Below, one piece after another: positions 51,001 through 62,774 of a stretch of 64,000 nucleotides of DNA. Both the position numbers and the translations under genes were made by a program. Numbering within the stretch: position 1 is the first letter of the stretch; each line of letters opens with the position of its first letter. Under the pieces are notes generated by a model, which was given only the letters and a program-made list of their open reading frames with translations, was not told where the DNA came from and ran no database searches. The stretch is from Phoronis australis (lineage: Eukaryota > Animalia > Phoronida), in the NCBI GenBank assembly GCA_002633005.1, contig NMRA01000186.1, forward strand, positions 475,479-539,478, given 5' to 3'.

Positions 51001-54000
51001 GAATACCATGCCACCTGGAGAAACTGGTTAACCATAACTTTTGCCCGACATCATCCTACTAAGAGTAAGTTGGGGGGGCGGGTGCGTGTGGCGTGTATGT
51101 TAAGGGTGAGAATAACTTGATTTTTTTCTCACATATATGTATTGATGTTCTGTATACCAAATTGTGATACTTGACGATAATTTGATGCAACTAATGTACT
51201 TGTGTACTGTATTGTTTCGTGCAAATTGTAAATACCCATGCTAGAGAAAATAAAAAACTTAATCGGAAAAAAGACACGGGGCACTATACTTACAAAAGAA
51301 TCAATCGGCATTTAGGTTACGACAGTCAGATGAAGTATAGTTAATGCCATGACTTCATTGAAAACTACCCGATATCATGAAATATTTGTTTGAACCTTGC
51401 CGCGACAATTTTCGCTCGTCCTGCCTCAAGAAGTAACCGTACCTTTCTCAGCGATAAAGTTAGCTTATTTTTACAGTGGTCTCTATTGGTCAAGTCTACT
51501 TCGACGTAAACATGAGAATCCTTTTCGTGTCGAACATACATCAGCGAAACACATATTATTCATTGATTAGACGTTCACGACGGTGGTTCGAACTTGGAGC
51601 GATCCATGCAGGTGAAGCCTTAGTCTCTTTCAGGAAAAAACAAATCCCATTTTACCGGCGTACTATAGGATAGAGCCCTAGCAAGAGGCAAAATATAAAA
51701 TGCGCCTCACGGAAAGTAGCTCAGGGCTGAAACTCGCGAATCACACAAATACTCACGAGGTACGGCACCGGATTTTTAGAGTTTCTTGCAACTAAGGAAC
51801 CTCGTACCACTATTAAGAGGCCTAAGACGGAATCAATGAGTAGTATATTAATTTTTTTCATTGAACGGAACTTAGCTCTCTTTGACAGTACACTGACAGC
51901 ACACGCAATGCCTTGCTTTACCTACCACCGCTCGTTGTCTGGCACAACATAAATTGTGTCAATGCATGCGTCATTTGTTGACTTTTTGAAGTCTTCAATA
52001 TTAATCGGCCAGTGTTGTTACAACAAGCTCACCACAATGTGTCATTTAATTACAGTTTTCCTGAAGGGCGACTCGCATGACTTCAGAGGTTTCCTGTTAC
52101 AAGCGAGGCTTGTACAAGGTGACCACGTGTTCGGAAGTTGGGATATTTCAGGAGACAACGGTATGGTTAATATTTTTGGAAGTTGGAATATTTCACGAGA
52201 TAACGGTTGAGTTTTCTTCTTAGAAGGGGAAAATCAGCGACAAATTATTACGACGATGAAAAACCCTTTGAAACTAGCAAACCTGAAACAGTCAAAGATT
52301 TTGTTATCAGAAACTAATGTTGAAATTTTAAAAAAGCAGGAATGTTTTGGTGTGACTCGGCTGCTCTTTTCCGAGGTAGACTGAAATAGCAAGATCCCTT
52401 AAAGATGCGGTTTAGGCACTTAGCGTGTGGTAAGTGCATTAGTTTAAAGTTTTTCTACGAAAAACACAAAATTTCCCTTTTCCTTTAGCTTGGGGAACGA
52501 AGTTAAAGCAATGCTTCGTCTATGGTGATTCCGTAACTCATAGCAAGCGGCAGAGCAGACGAAACTTGAGTCTAATGTGGAATGCTCCAGCAAGTAAAAA
52601 CAAGTTTTCTGGTGACATTTATTTTGTGTAAGTATCTACCTCTACTTGGTATTAATTAAACGGGCATTTCCTCTCTACTTACAATCCTAACACGAAAATC
52701 ATGAAGTATAACTCTGAAATTTATCTTAGTTACCCTTACCACGTCGATTAGTTTCTACGAAAGAGCGACTTTAATACCTGCGGTCGAGGCAAAGCAGCTC
52801 AACTTTGGAAGGGTTGTTCATTATACAACCTGCAAAATGTACTAAATATTGACAATTTAATAATTCTCAATACCTTGAATTGTTTGGAGATGAATATGAT
52901 CAGGTATGATAGGTAAAGATTCTATACACAATTTGTTTGGTTGAATAATTTCATAGTTTATAAAGTGCTAGTATGGTTGTGAGAAGGAAATGTCCCTTTA
53001 AAAATAAACAAAAACACTACGACCATTACTTTCAAATTAAAAAAGGAAAGCGTGAAAGCAATCGATTTTTCTCGACGTCCTATTTTCAGTTTTATGACTA
53101 TGCACATGCATGAGCAAAAGTCGCTATTCTAAATCTTGAAAAAATATGCACATCACAATCTAAAGCGTTGAACATTGACTATGTGATAAGATTGTAGCGA
53201 GTGGTGAGAGTTCACATGTCTCACCTCGTACTGTGACAACTCGGTCGAGATCAGTACTGTTTGTCATTAATTTTGAATTATCGAATAACATGTAAGTGTT
53301 GCAATTTATGAGAACATGCCATTTAGGTAGACTTTCTATGAATCTGAAAGTCAGTGTCGCGAACAAACATCACCGCTACCTTACTTCACTACCAGAATGG
53401 GAAATCTTTGACAGAAACTAACTTATTTATGTGGCCTCCTTCATTGAGTTCCAATGCACACCAACGATTTTGGATAATTTTTGCTCCAGAATGATACTCA
53501 AGTATTTCATTTCAGAGCAACATTTGTAGAAACGTATACTACATTTTGGAAGAAAATTCGATCAGAACATATTAAATACGTGGAACCAACGACACCTCCG
53601 CCATCGACTACCAGTACGCTGCCTCCAACGACAACTACAATGTCGATTACTACAACGACAACCCTGGCGACAACAACACTGGAACGAACAACAACTGAAC
53701 CAACAACAACTGAGCCAACAACAACAACAGCTGAGCCAACAACAACGACTGAGCCAGCAACAACTGCAACTGAGACAACAACAACTGAGCCAACAACAAC
53801 TGAGCCAACAACAACTGAGCCAACAACAACTGAGTCAACAACAACTGAGTCAACAACAACTGAGCAAACAACAACTGAGTCAACAACAACTGATCCAACA
53901 ACAACTGAGCCAGCAGTAACAGAACCACCACCACCACCTACGACAGAACTATCATCAACAATAACAGACCCAGCAATAACACCAAGAAAGACAACAAGTA

Positions 54001-57000
54001 CAGCAGGCAAACCAACAACAAACGAGTCACCAATACTTTTAACAACAGTTACATCAATAATAGAAACATCGACAACTGTAACAACGAAACCAACCACTGA
54101 ACCGGCTATAATCAACACACAGTCCGCTTCATCAGTAGCGAAACAAACGTCACCTCTATACGAGCAGACGAGCACAATGGCAGATAAACCAGCAACCTCC
54201 GCTGAACTACAAACTTCCTCAGCTCCACCTTTGGTTCACTCCTCAAAGTACCAAGCATCTTTCACTATAGTTAAGGGCGTTCAATTTAAAACAGAACTAT
54301 TAAACAAAAAAACGATAGCGTATCAAGCTTTAAGATTACAGATAGCTGAATTGGTAAGTACTTCTTAACGAACGATAGGTATAAAAACCAATAACCGCAA
54401 GCATCAATTGCACTGGTTGATCACGGAATCAGCTTGTCTTCTGTTACTGATAACTGTTGCCTTCCGTACTAACGGTGTCAGATCTTCGAACCATAAAATA
54501 ATTATTAACAGTTATAAACCCAGTGGCGGATTTAGGGGGGAAAGGGAGCCATGCCGCCCCCTAAATTTTCCCAGGTACCATTTAGGAGTTCGAGGTGCGA
54601 ATTGCTGAGTAGCATATGCGCGCACCCATGGGGTTCGGAGGCGAATGCACAATGCATAGGTCTTGAACAAACCATTTTACCATTTTTTAGTAATAAGGTC
54701 CACAAACCCAGAAATTCGAGACCTATGCGACCCTACATTTTAGGCTGGACGCGCGCATGTGGTGAAATTCTGGTTATTTCTGTGTCCTGCCCCCCAACTC
54801 AAAATCCTGGATCCGCCCCTAAAACCAGCGTTCCGTCCAAACAGTGAACTTTTAATTAAGATCGCTTACCGCTATAAAATTTTCCTTAATCTGTTCCTTA
54901 CTTAAATGCAAAGCACCACCAGTTAATCACCAATTGCGACCATACTCGGCTCATAAATAGCGCGCACTGGTAAGCCAATGTGTACGTTCTCATTCAATCA
55001 GTTTCGAGACCCTGAAATCACCTCATTTACCTAAGGTACATTTACAGTAAGCGGTGAATTATCTAATTTATCTCTTGTGGTGGAAGACGTTTTCATTCCC
55101 GATTTAATCCTGTTTTAAAGCTTGGCGGAGCCTCGTTGGTACTACAAAATTGCTATTGTTGTTTGTCACAGAAATTTGTTGTGAATCAGATTTTAAAGAT
55201 CATTGTTTATCAGGAGACACAGTAAAAAATGTTTGCAGTTCATTTGAAACAATAGATGTATAAACCATTCTCTCTTGTTTATATTTGCAGCTCCTCAAAG
55301 CATTTTCCACAGCGTTTCAAAGTCTCGAATTCCAAAATATTACATTCCGGTAAGAATTATACATTTTCCAACAAAACACATTCCATTTGCGACAAATTTA
55401 ATGCTGTTCTCTCCGTACAGTTTCAAGCATGTTGAATACATGTACCATGTATCATTGGACGAGAACGCATGCTATAGTTGTACTAGAAATGGACTTTGGT
55501 CACTTACCTTACTCACCTCTTGTACACTTAATTCCGCTTTTCACAAAATATGTTTTTCGTATGTTCAGGAGCAACGGGACAGGGGTGGAGGTGTCATACG
55601 ATCTTAAGGTGACGGACACCAAAGAGCAGGGACCCGATGATATGAAGAAACTATTCAATAAATATATAGCTCAAGAACCATCAAAGTTCGTCGTTAATCC
55701 GCATTTGACAAGGTTCCAAGGTAGACGTTGGCAGTAATTTATATGAACATAGCCTTTCGCCCATTTGCAATCAAGTTGCTGTCAAGTTGAGATTAAATAT
55801 CCACAATTCAGTGCAGAAAGGTGTGAAAGTAAATTAATTACAATCATGCAAAAAGATCTTATAAGAAAAACTTCAGTTTTCATCAAAAATATTTTTGCAA
55901 GTAAAGCAAAATTATATTTATTTATGATCACTTTTATCTCGGCCTTTTCTTTCTGGTCCTCTTGCAATGCGTGTACACTTGTCTTTTCTTTTTTGTATCA
56001 TGCATCTAAAGTGACTTATAAGCCCCGTGGAGGGTTGGGTGTTTCTAGTCTTTGTAACGTATTCATTGTTTAAATTCATTTGAACACATGTCACTATAAT
56101 AAAAAATACTTACTTTACTTAGTTACTGCAATCGCAATTAGCACACTTATAGAGACATTTAAGTGAAATAATTTTGTTTTGTATCAACCTGCAAGAGGCA
56201 TTTGTTATAATTGTTATGACGCCGTTAAAATCGATTTCATGAAAAAGTTGGTATTTTATATTTTGAAATAGTACGTTCCGTAATCCTAAATCTTGGAAAA
56301 TGTTTCGTTCTCGATTTCCAGAGCTGAAGCAAATTGATGACGTCGGCACAAGCCGTCCCACCTGCACGACGCAACAAAGAGCGCAGTGCCACGAGTATGC
56401 TGAGTGTATTGCAAACGGAAGAACGTTCACATGCAAGTGCACCGGAAACTATGATGGAGACGGGTTTAATTGCTCTAGTAAGTGTTTCAGCATCATTTTC
56501 AGCGGTCATTTTACGCCAACATTCCTTGAAATAAGTGGCAGAAGAACTGACCCGATTTACAAAATGGAAGAATACATATATCTCCAAGAAGTTTGCAAAA
56601 TTATCAGATTTCGCTGGATGTTAGGCCTTATTTGGTATAATCGAAGATATAAAACCAATGACTACAGACAGAGGCTATAATACGTGAAAGATAATGGTAC
56701 TATGTTGGTGAAAGATTTTACTGAATGTCGCTCAGTGTGAACCACGTTCTGGCGCTTTAAAGAACCAACCTCCTTCCAAAGCAGCGTCATTGGTACACCT
56801 GAAATTTACCTTTGCCCACGACGACGAAACATGAGCGCCGTGAAAAGCAACTTAACTAGAAGGCACTTACATGTACGAAATGGCAGATGTTCTCAAATCT
56901 GGAAATCATTTAGTATAACACAGGCCATGGCGTTTACATGTATTATGATATCGTTCAGTGCAAATTAAGTTGCTTTAGCTTTTAGTTTCGCCGGCATAGC

Positions 57001-58339
57001 CTATTTACAAATTTGTTGAAAATCTGTAACTCGGTTTGTGTACAAGGGTATATACTGCTCAGTGCGGACTCCATTTTGCGAAGGGTTACACGGGTAACAA
57101 CACTTTAATAATGCATTCTGTGATAAAGCGTTTTGTGATTAGCTTTCACGCGACAAAAGCATACTTGGTTCGGGGTCGATTTCAGTAACGCCATTGTCTT
57201 GTCAGAAAAGTAAGATCTCGCAAGATATCTTTAGTGTATTTTCAATGAGATCACGTGATTTTTTAATACGTTTTTCTAGACGCGAAAGTTATTGAACACG
57301 ACCGTGTCCAACCTTTGAAACAAATCCACCTCATGAGATGACGAAAGAGATGCGGGTTTTTCTTTTTCTTTTTTCTCGACTCAAACCAGTTCCAGTGGTG
57401 GTGGCACTAGTCGTAAGAGCAGCAGCGTGTCACAAGCCTCATCTAATGCATACAGCTAGCACGCCACGGCGATTGAAAGTTTGCTTCCGAGCGTTTGCGC
57501 GGTTTTTCAAGAAAGTTCGAGACCTTGACTGAAATTGATGCGCTGGGCGATTTTTATGTGGCAAAAAGGCGCAGTTTTCAAAATAACTAGCTGTACAGAC
57601 ACACGAACCAATTTGGCTTTTTGCCTCGTGGAAGTAAATCTTAGTTAGCAGAGGTGTTCACACACGAGCCTGAAAGACCGATGATTACAATTTTTGTTTG
57701 TTTTTACCTCAGTTGACATCAGTAAAGATCCAACACTGATAATAGTCATCGTTGTGGCTTCATTGCTGTTCGTTGTGGTTCTTGTCATCGTCATAGTGAC
57801 ATGTGTCTGTCACAAGAGGTAGGTATCCGTCTTTTTCCAAGTGGTAACAATTGCATACTAGTGTTCTACTGAGGTCAATTTTATATTTTACGCGGCAATA
57901 TAATGCTGATGGTCACAGCTGTTGTAAAGTGAGATTGCGTGTTTGCGCAGCACGGATCAAGCTACGGAATTGTTCCAATGCAGCTTACTTGATTCTTACC
58001 GGTTTATTATTCATGAATTAAAACATCTGGAAAAAATCCTTGCCATCTTCTCCCGACTTTGCGTAACCACCTGGCTCCCAGACCATTCCCCAATGGAAGG
58101 AGACAGGTGCCTCCACAACGTCAGAGAAAATCGCAGTTTCCGCAATTGAACATCAGGTGCTCGGTAACAGGATGGATGGCAACGAGATGACCGTCGACTT
58201 ACAGTTATAACTTTTGTAAGAGCCCAATTAATATTTCAGAGAAAAGAAGACAAACAAGCCGCCGTCTGTGGCTCTACAGAGTCAAGGAGCGGGAATATAC
58301 CACAATTTGATGTACGAAGAATCAACATCCAAACTCTGA
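47848..58339 (+). CDS. Gene model (9 coding exons, 1872 nt, ~623 aa): Reeler + Thr-rich mucin + SEA-like + EGF + TM type I membrane protein
   Basis: join(47848-48064,52056-52160,52489-52627,53516-54353,55291-55349,55569-55720,56322-56477,57713-57818,58240-58339). All introns are GT-AG, phases 1,1,2,0,2,1,1,2 are compatible, and there are no internal stops. Confidence 0.85.
50060..50360 (-). mobile_element. Decayed non-LTR retrotransposon RT C-terminal fragment (possibly RTE-X-like) in intron 1
   Basis: ILFYGAKLWG...ESVELEFCKWLL...ECGRFDL and DDRLPRQCYIML resemble LxYGxExWG...FCKxxL...GELGR...RLPKxxYxML. Confidence 0.65.
52056..52160 (+). CDS. Exon 2: Reeler core
   Basis: VFLKGDSHDFRGFLLQARLVQGDHVFGSW contains the Reeler FRGFLLQAR motif. 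Acceptor ttacag, donor G|GTATGG. Confidence 0.92.
52489..52627 (+). CDS. Exon 3: Reeler domain
   Basis: AWGTKLKQCFVYGDSVTHSKRQSRRNLSLMWNAPASKNKFSGDIYF (VTH...WxAP). Strong pyrimidine tract and GTAAGT donor. Confidence 0.92.
53516..54353 (+). CDS. Exon 4: end of Reeler, Thr/Pro/Glu-rich mucin stalk, start of SEA-like domain
   Basis: ATFVETYTTFW, then TTTEP repeats, then YQASFTIVKGVQFKTELLNKKTIAYQAL. Acceptor tttcatttcag, donor TTG|GTAAGT. Confidence 0.92.
53687..53912 (+). repeat. Coding 15-bp tandem repeat (ACAACAACTGAG[C/T]CA; TTTE[P/S])
   Basis: Repeated acaacaactgagcca units with occasional 3-nt insertions that keep the frame. Confidence 0.95.
54521..54821. mobile_element. Intronic MITE with 5-bp TSD (AAACC) containing a nested second MITE (54615-54759)
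   Basis: Flanks read aaacc|cagtggcggatttagg ... cctggatccgccccta|aaacc. The inner atgcgcgcaccca...tggacgcgcgcatg element is related to 13365-13597. Confidence 0.7.
55291..55349 (+). CDS. Exon 5: SEA-like domain
   Basis: LLKAFSTAFQSLEFQNITF; acceptor tttgcag, donor CG|GTAAGA; phases fit. Confidence 0.82.
55569..55720 (+). CDS. Exon 6: SEA-like domain C-terminal half
   Basis: RSNGTGVEVSYDLKVTDTKEQGPDDMKKLFNKYIAQEPSKFVVNPHLTRFQ; acceptor ttcag, donor AAG|GTAGAC. Confidence 0.82.
56322..56477 (+). CDS. Exon 7: EGF-like domain
   Basis: CTTQQRAQCHEYAECIANGRTFTCKCTGNYDGDGFNC has 6 Cys and a CxCxxxYxGDGxxC motif, on a phase 1-1 exon typical of EGF modules. Confidence 0.92.
57713..57818 (+). CDS. 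Exon 8: transmembrane helix
   Basis: IDISKDPTLIIVIVVASLLFVVVLVIVIVTCVCHK; long pyrimidine tract; donor AG|GTAGGT. Confidence 0.9.
58240..58339 (+). CDS. Exon 9: cytoplasmic tail and stop
   Basis: REKKTNKPPSVALQSQGAGIYHNLMYEESTSKL*; acceptor atttcag; phase 2 fits. Confidence 0.8.
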
Positions 58340-58573
58340 CGGAGTAGAAAGCGGTTGATTAGAATTCTCGTATAGGATGACGCAATCGTAGCTGATGTTG
58401 GGTCGTGCGCATGCGTTGTTGATTTAAGTTCATTTTCGTTTTCATTCGTCTGGAAGCAATTCATAACAATAACATAAAAGATATTAAATGATAACAGGCG
58501 TCAAATTCGTTATAGGAATTTTCGAAATTTAACTTTATGTACATAAATATTATTCAAGTTGCAAGTTTAAGAT

Positions 58574-58619
58574 ATTTCTACTTCAAAGGCATCTTTTAAG
58601 ATGCCTTTGAAGTAGAAAT
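58574..58619. repeat. Perfect 22-bp inverted repeat with 2-nt spacer
   Basis: atttctacttcaaaggcatctt-tt-aagatgcctttgaagtagaaat. Confidence 0.95.
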
Positions 58620-61055
58620 TAAAATTGGCGACAAGTGTCATTTTTCATTATTTACTCATTATGTCTAGGGACTACATGAGTAACCAACTTAAAATGATGA
58701 GTTCCAGCCAACATGACTATATCCCCACAAACAGGACTGGTACTTTAAATAAATTAACATCAGCTTCACAAAATTTATGAAATTTATTTAGTATTCATAG
58801 CAATTTTTATACAGTACAAACAATTGCATAGAATTTGCAAACTTTAATGAGTCTTGACATGTTGCAGGTCATTGCATAATTCACATGATTTTATATTGAT
58901 TTATAGGAAACTAAACTATACAACACCACTTAACTCTGAGAAACAAAACACTGCAAAGTTTGGAACATGTTTAAAAAATCCATACAGACTTTTGCAAAAT
59001 CAAGTGTAACCAACATTTTGGATGAGTGGACTGTATGGAAAGATAGTCATCTCAGAGTGCACTAAGAGACCCAGCGAGGAAGTGCATTAGCTATGTAATG
59101 CATGCACTTCTGGAAGTACTAATAGTAACATACTATATTACAAACTTAGCCAAATTTGGATGGAATCATGAAGGAGGGATTTAGTATGTTTTAACACAAG
59201 ATCAAGCAAATAAAACCTACGAAGACCAAGAGTCTATTTCGTGAAAGTGACTGAATATTTCAGTCAGAAAATTGGTTTTATGCTCCACACAACTATTTCT
59301 GAAAAATAATTACAACTTACTAGAGCAGAAGTGCAGTTACTCTGAGAATATCTGCTCACGTGTTTGCTACTTAGATGAATTCTATAAATTACTTCTTGAG
59401 TGTGATGCAAACACATAATCACTTGGTCAAACCTTTTATCAGCAATTGTAAAGTAGGAGCACAAGGCCCAGTGTCTGGCTTAGGGTTATGCATGACCTTA
59501 TAAACTAATCCTGTATTCAGCCAAATAGTTACAACCTTAAAGATTTTAACTCTGTATAAGTATATTTTTCTGAAAGTGGAAAGCCTGTAGTATTTTACTT
59601 CACGTCAATCTTGTATTAATTGGATCATGTGTCCACATGTTTGTAGTAAAATTTAGCAAAAAAGAAAGGTACATCTATAGCAAAACAAGGGTATCAATAA
59701 AATGACCAAATTTTGTTTGATACGAACATACAAGTCCAAATCTCAAAAATGTTGTTGCAGTTTTCTAAAATATGATTTTGTTTTCGTTTGATATCCCTTT
59801 TATTTTTTCATAAGAAATCATATATGTCCTATTTTTGATAGCCCAGCATGCAACAAGTGAACATTTTTAAAAATAATTACAAACAGCATTTTAGAGAACA
59901 GTGCATAAAGTATTTTGTCTAAAACTTCCATAAGGATCCAATCAGCCATTTCTCCCAGATATGATGTTCCAAACTTTGCCAAATACAGCCATTTTTCGAG
60001 GGTCTTACATAACTAAGTCTAATAAGTCACTTTTCAGGAGACAGACTCCAGGATTCAACATTTCAATCCTGCTCATCAGTGTTGTAGAATTTCATTACTA
60101 GTTGCAAATGTCACTGTCAGAAAGACAATAAAAATGCTCGGTACAACCATAAACCATGCTTATAAGTTATGCAAAAGATTGTATAAGTACTAAAAGCATC
60201 ACAAGACAAACTTATGCCACGGTGAATTATGTGGCTAAGGCACGCACACATGCACTCTTCACTTTTGTTGTAAAAAATAACTGATGAGTTTTATGAACCC
60301 AACCATGTCTATGAAAAGACTTCAGCACTCAAATCATGCAGTGTAACTATGGCACAAACCCAATATCTGATCAGTCAACCTCAGAAAGCTGAAGCAATGA
60401 GATAGCAATAGACAGCCAACACTAATACACAATTGTTACATGATGTTATCCAACTATTTTACAAGATGATTTGAAATAAGGGAATTAAAGACAATGAATG
60501 TAAAATTAATCAAATCAGCACTTGTTGGTCTTTCGAATAAAGTGTTTAAAAAGTCTGATCAAAATGAAATACAAAGACATAAATGAATGATGTTACATGA
60601 ATAACAACATCCCAAAATACCACTGCACGCTCTCCTATTCTGAGATATTTACCCACAATGCTGCGGACCAGTAAGGAAGTTGTCCCAAAGTTATACATGG
60701 CTGCTGTGCAAATTACTGTTTTACAGCAAACGTATTATGGCATTGACCACCCTAATGCTGTTAAAGATTTGTTATTGTGAGAAGCAGTGTTGACAGCAAG
60801 ACATCAAACATTAAAAAACTGGCAATATATCCTTCTGTATCTGACAGCTTGGAAATGTCTAGTAATTTAACCTTTTCAAAGCTAGTTTGATAACACAAGC
60901 ATTTTTCTACCTTCGTGAAAGAGAGTCCATTTCAGGATGCAGTTTTTTGTAAGCTTTCAAATTGATCACCATGTTTTATAGTACATTAAGAGTTTATTCG
61001 GGCAGATTTCCAAGCGTACAGGATATATGGATAAGCTGACTTAGCACACACTAGA

Positions 61056-61149
61056 TTAAAATGAAGGTAAACATCCAAGCTTAACTTCCTCAGCAGGTGT
61101 GTCTGGTGACAGGCCGGCCCCAAACAGGAGCAAGAACTGAGGGTAAACC
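61056..61149 (-). CDS. Probable last coding exon of an unidentified minus-strand gene
   Basis: Strong acceptor ttttactttgtttgtttacag. A phase-2 join to the 62775 exon gives RVYPQFLLLFGAGLSPDTPAEEVKLGCLPSF*, followed by ~2.3 kb of AT-rich UTR-like sequence. Confidence 0.55.
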
Positions 61150-62327
61150 CTGTAAACAAACAAAGTAAAACTCTTAGAAACACATTGAACACTGAGATCT
61201 AACAAGAACATGATGATAGATCACCACAATCGACATCTGCAGAGCAACATCTTACACACAGGATAATTACCATCATGAACACATGTACATTTACAAAATT
61301 GAACTTTCAAAAGTATTCCCAATACTACATGTAGTTAGAAATGAACACATAAAAACAGACTGTTCTTCAGTTGTTTAGCACAATTAATATAACTGTCCAA
61401 ATTGTCATTTTTACTTTAAAGGCCACCTAGAAGAAAAACAAAATTAACATCAAGTGTCATTTTTGACAGTTGTATTATAGTGCAAACCACGCTAATACTG
61501 TATCTGTCCATGTTAGAGACCACAGTCAATTAAATCCCGTCCCTGCAAATTTACTGTAAAGCTGCACTTCACCATTACAGAAAGCAGGCCTTTTCCTCTC
61601 ATATTAAATTCCTTACCGAGGTATGATTCTATTTCTGCTACCAAAGAGACCATCAAACTATCGGAGTTTATTGGGCTTGGCCAAATCTAAAATTGCAACT
61701 TTGAAAATGGTGCAGGTTTGAATTGATAACGGAAATAGAATCTTAACATGATAAGGAATATTACGAGACCAATTTTAATAGAGTAAACGGTTTGAATTCG
61801 ATTTTTGTTTTTAGCTAGCAAAAAAGACTGAAAGGTGGGGCAGAGTTCAGTAATGCTAGGACCTTGCTAGAAAAGTAAGACTTTGCGACATTACAAGAGA
61901 TATTGACATGTATCTTAAATGCATTACTGAGCTCTACCCAGATTTGAGTCTCACGGTCTACTGTACTCAACTTAATGCCCAATCTCTTATTTCGAGGTTT
62001 CTCAATTTAAATGTCATAGATTTTAACTCCAACAGAGTAAAACTTTAAAAATCTATAATTTCATTAAGAAATTTCACATTTCATAGCCACATATGTGCGC
62101 TAACTATGGAAACAGTGTAAAGGATAATATACAAAATGACACAATTACAAAACATTTGTATGAAACATTTTGCAAAAATAACAAAGTCTTCAAACAATCA
62201 AATGAATGTCATGCATATTGGTACACGTATAGACCAGAGAACATTACGAAAGGACAAATTGAACATATTACTGTTTCTCTTATCAACAACAAATTCCAAA
62301 TTTATCCCAAACTTTCTGTAACAAAGC

Positions 62328-62681
62328 CATAGGATTTGGGGGGTTGGGGGTACTCTCCCCATAATCATGAAGGCAAGGGTCCACTGCCTCCCCCCATTAA
62401 AAAGGTAAAACTGTTGTCAAGGGAAAACTGGTGTTGGTGAGGGCCAGTGCTGCAACAGGTGAGGGCCAAGGCTGCAACAGGTGAGGCTCAGGGCTGCAAC
62501 AGGTGAGGGCCAGGGCTGCAACAGGTGAGGGCCAGGGCTGCAACAGGTGAGGCTCAGGGCTGCAACAGGAGAAGACCGGAGGTTGAAGGGTGTAAAACTG
62601 GCATCAACATCGGGGCAAAACTGGGCGGTGACCAAAGCAACAGAGGCAAAATAGGTGTTCACTAAAGCAAACATTCCTATG
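62328..62681. mobile_element. MITE-like element (CATAGGA...TCCTATG ends) carrying a 22-23-bp minisatellite (62436-62569, ~6 copies)
   Basis: Short terminal inverted match and unit ggtgagggccagggctgcaaca. No TSD is seen, so the repeat is certain but the element boundaries are not. Confidence 0.55.
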
Positions 62682-62774
62682 GTAATATATACCTCATCAA
62701 GAGAAAAGGAATTGTAAAAAGGTTATTGAAAGTGACCAGATTCCTTATGTACTGTCCCAATAACAGGAACTCAC

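Noticed and set aside
53507-54175. 222-aa Val-rich and 95-aa Leu-rich minus-strand ORFs
   Set aside because: These are antisense readings of the ACA-rich mucin repeat.
58328-58339. C-terminal SKL as a peroxisomal PTS1
   Set aside because: The protein has a signal peptide and TM helix, so a PDZ-ligand reading fits the topology better.
47848-58339. Naming the gene FRRS1, reelin or F-spondin
   Set aside because: No DOMON/cytochrome b561, reelin repeats, spondin or TSP1 domains are seen; only the Reeler domain is shared.
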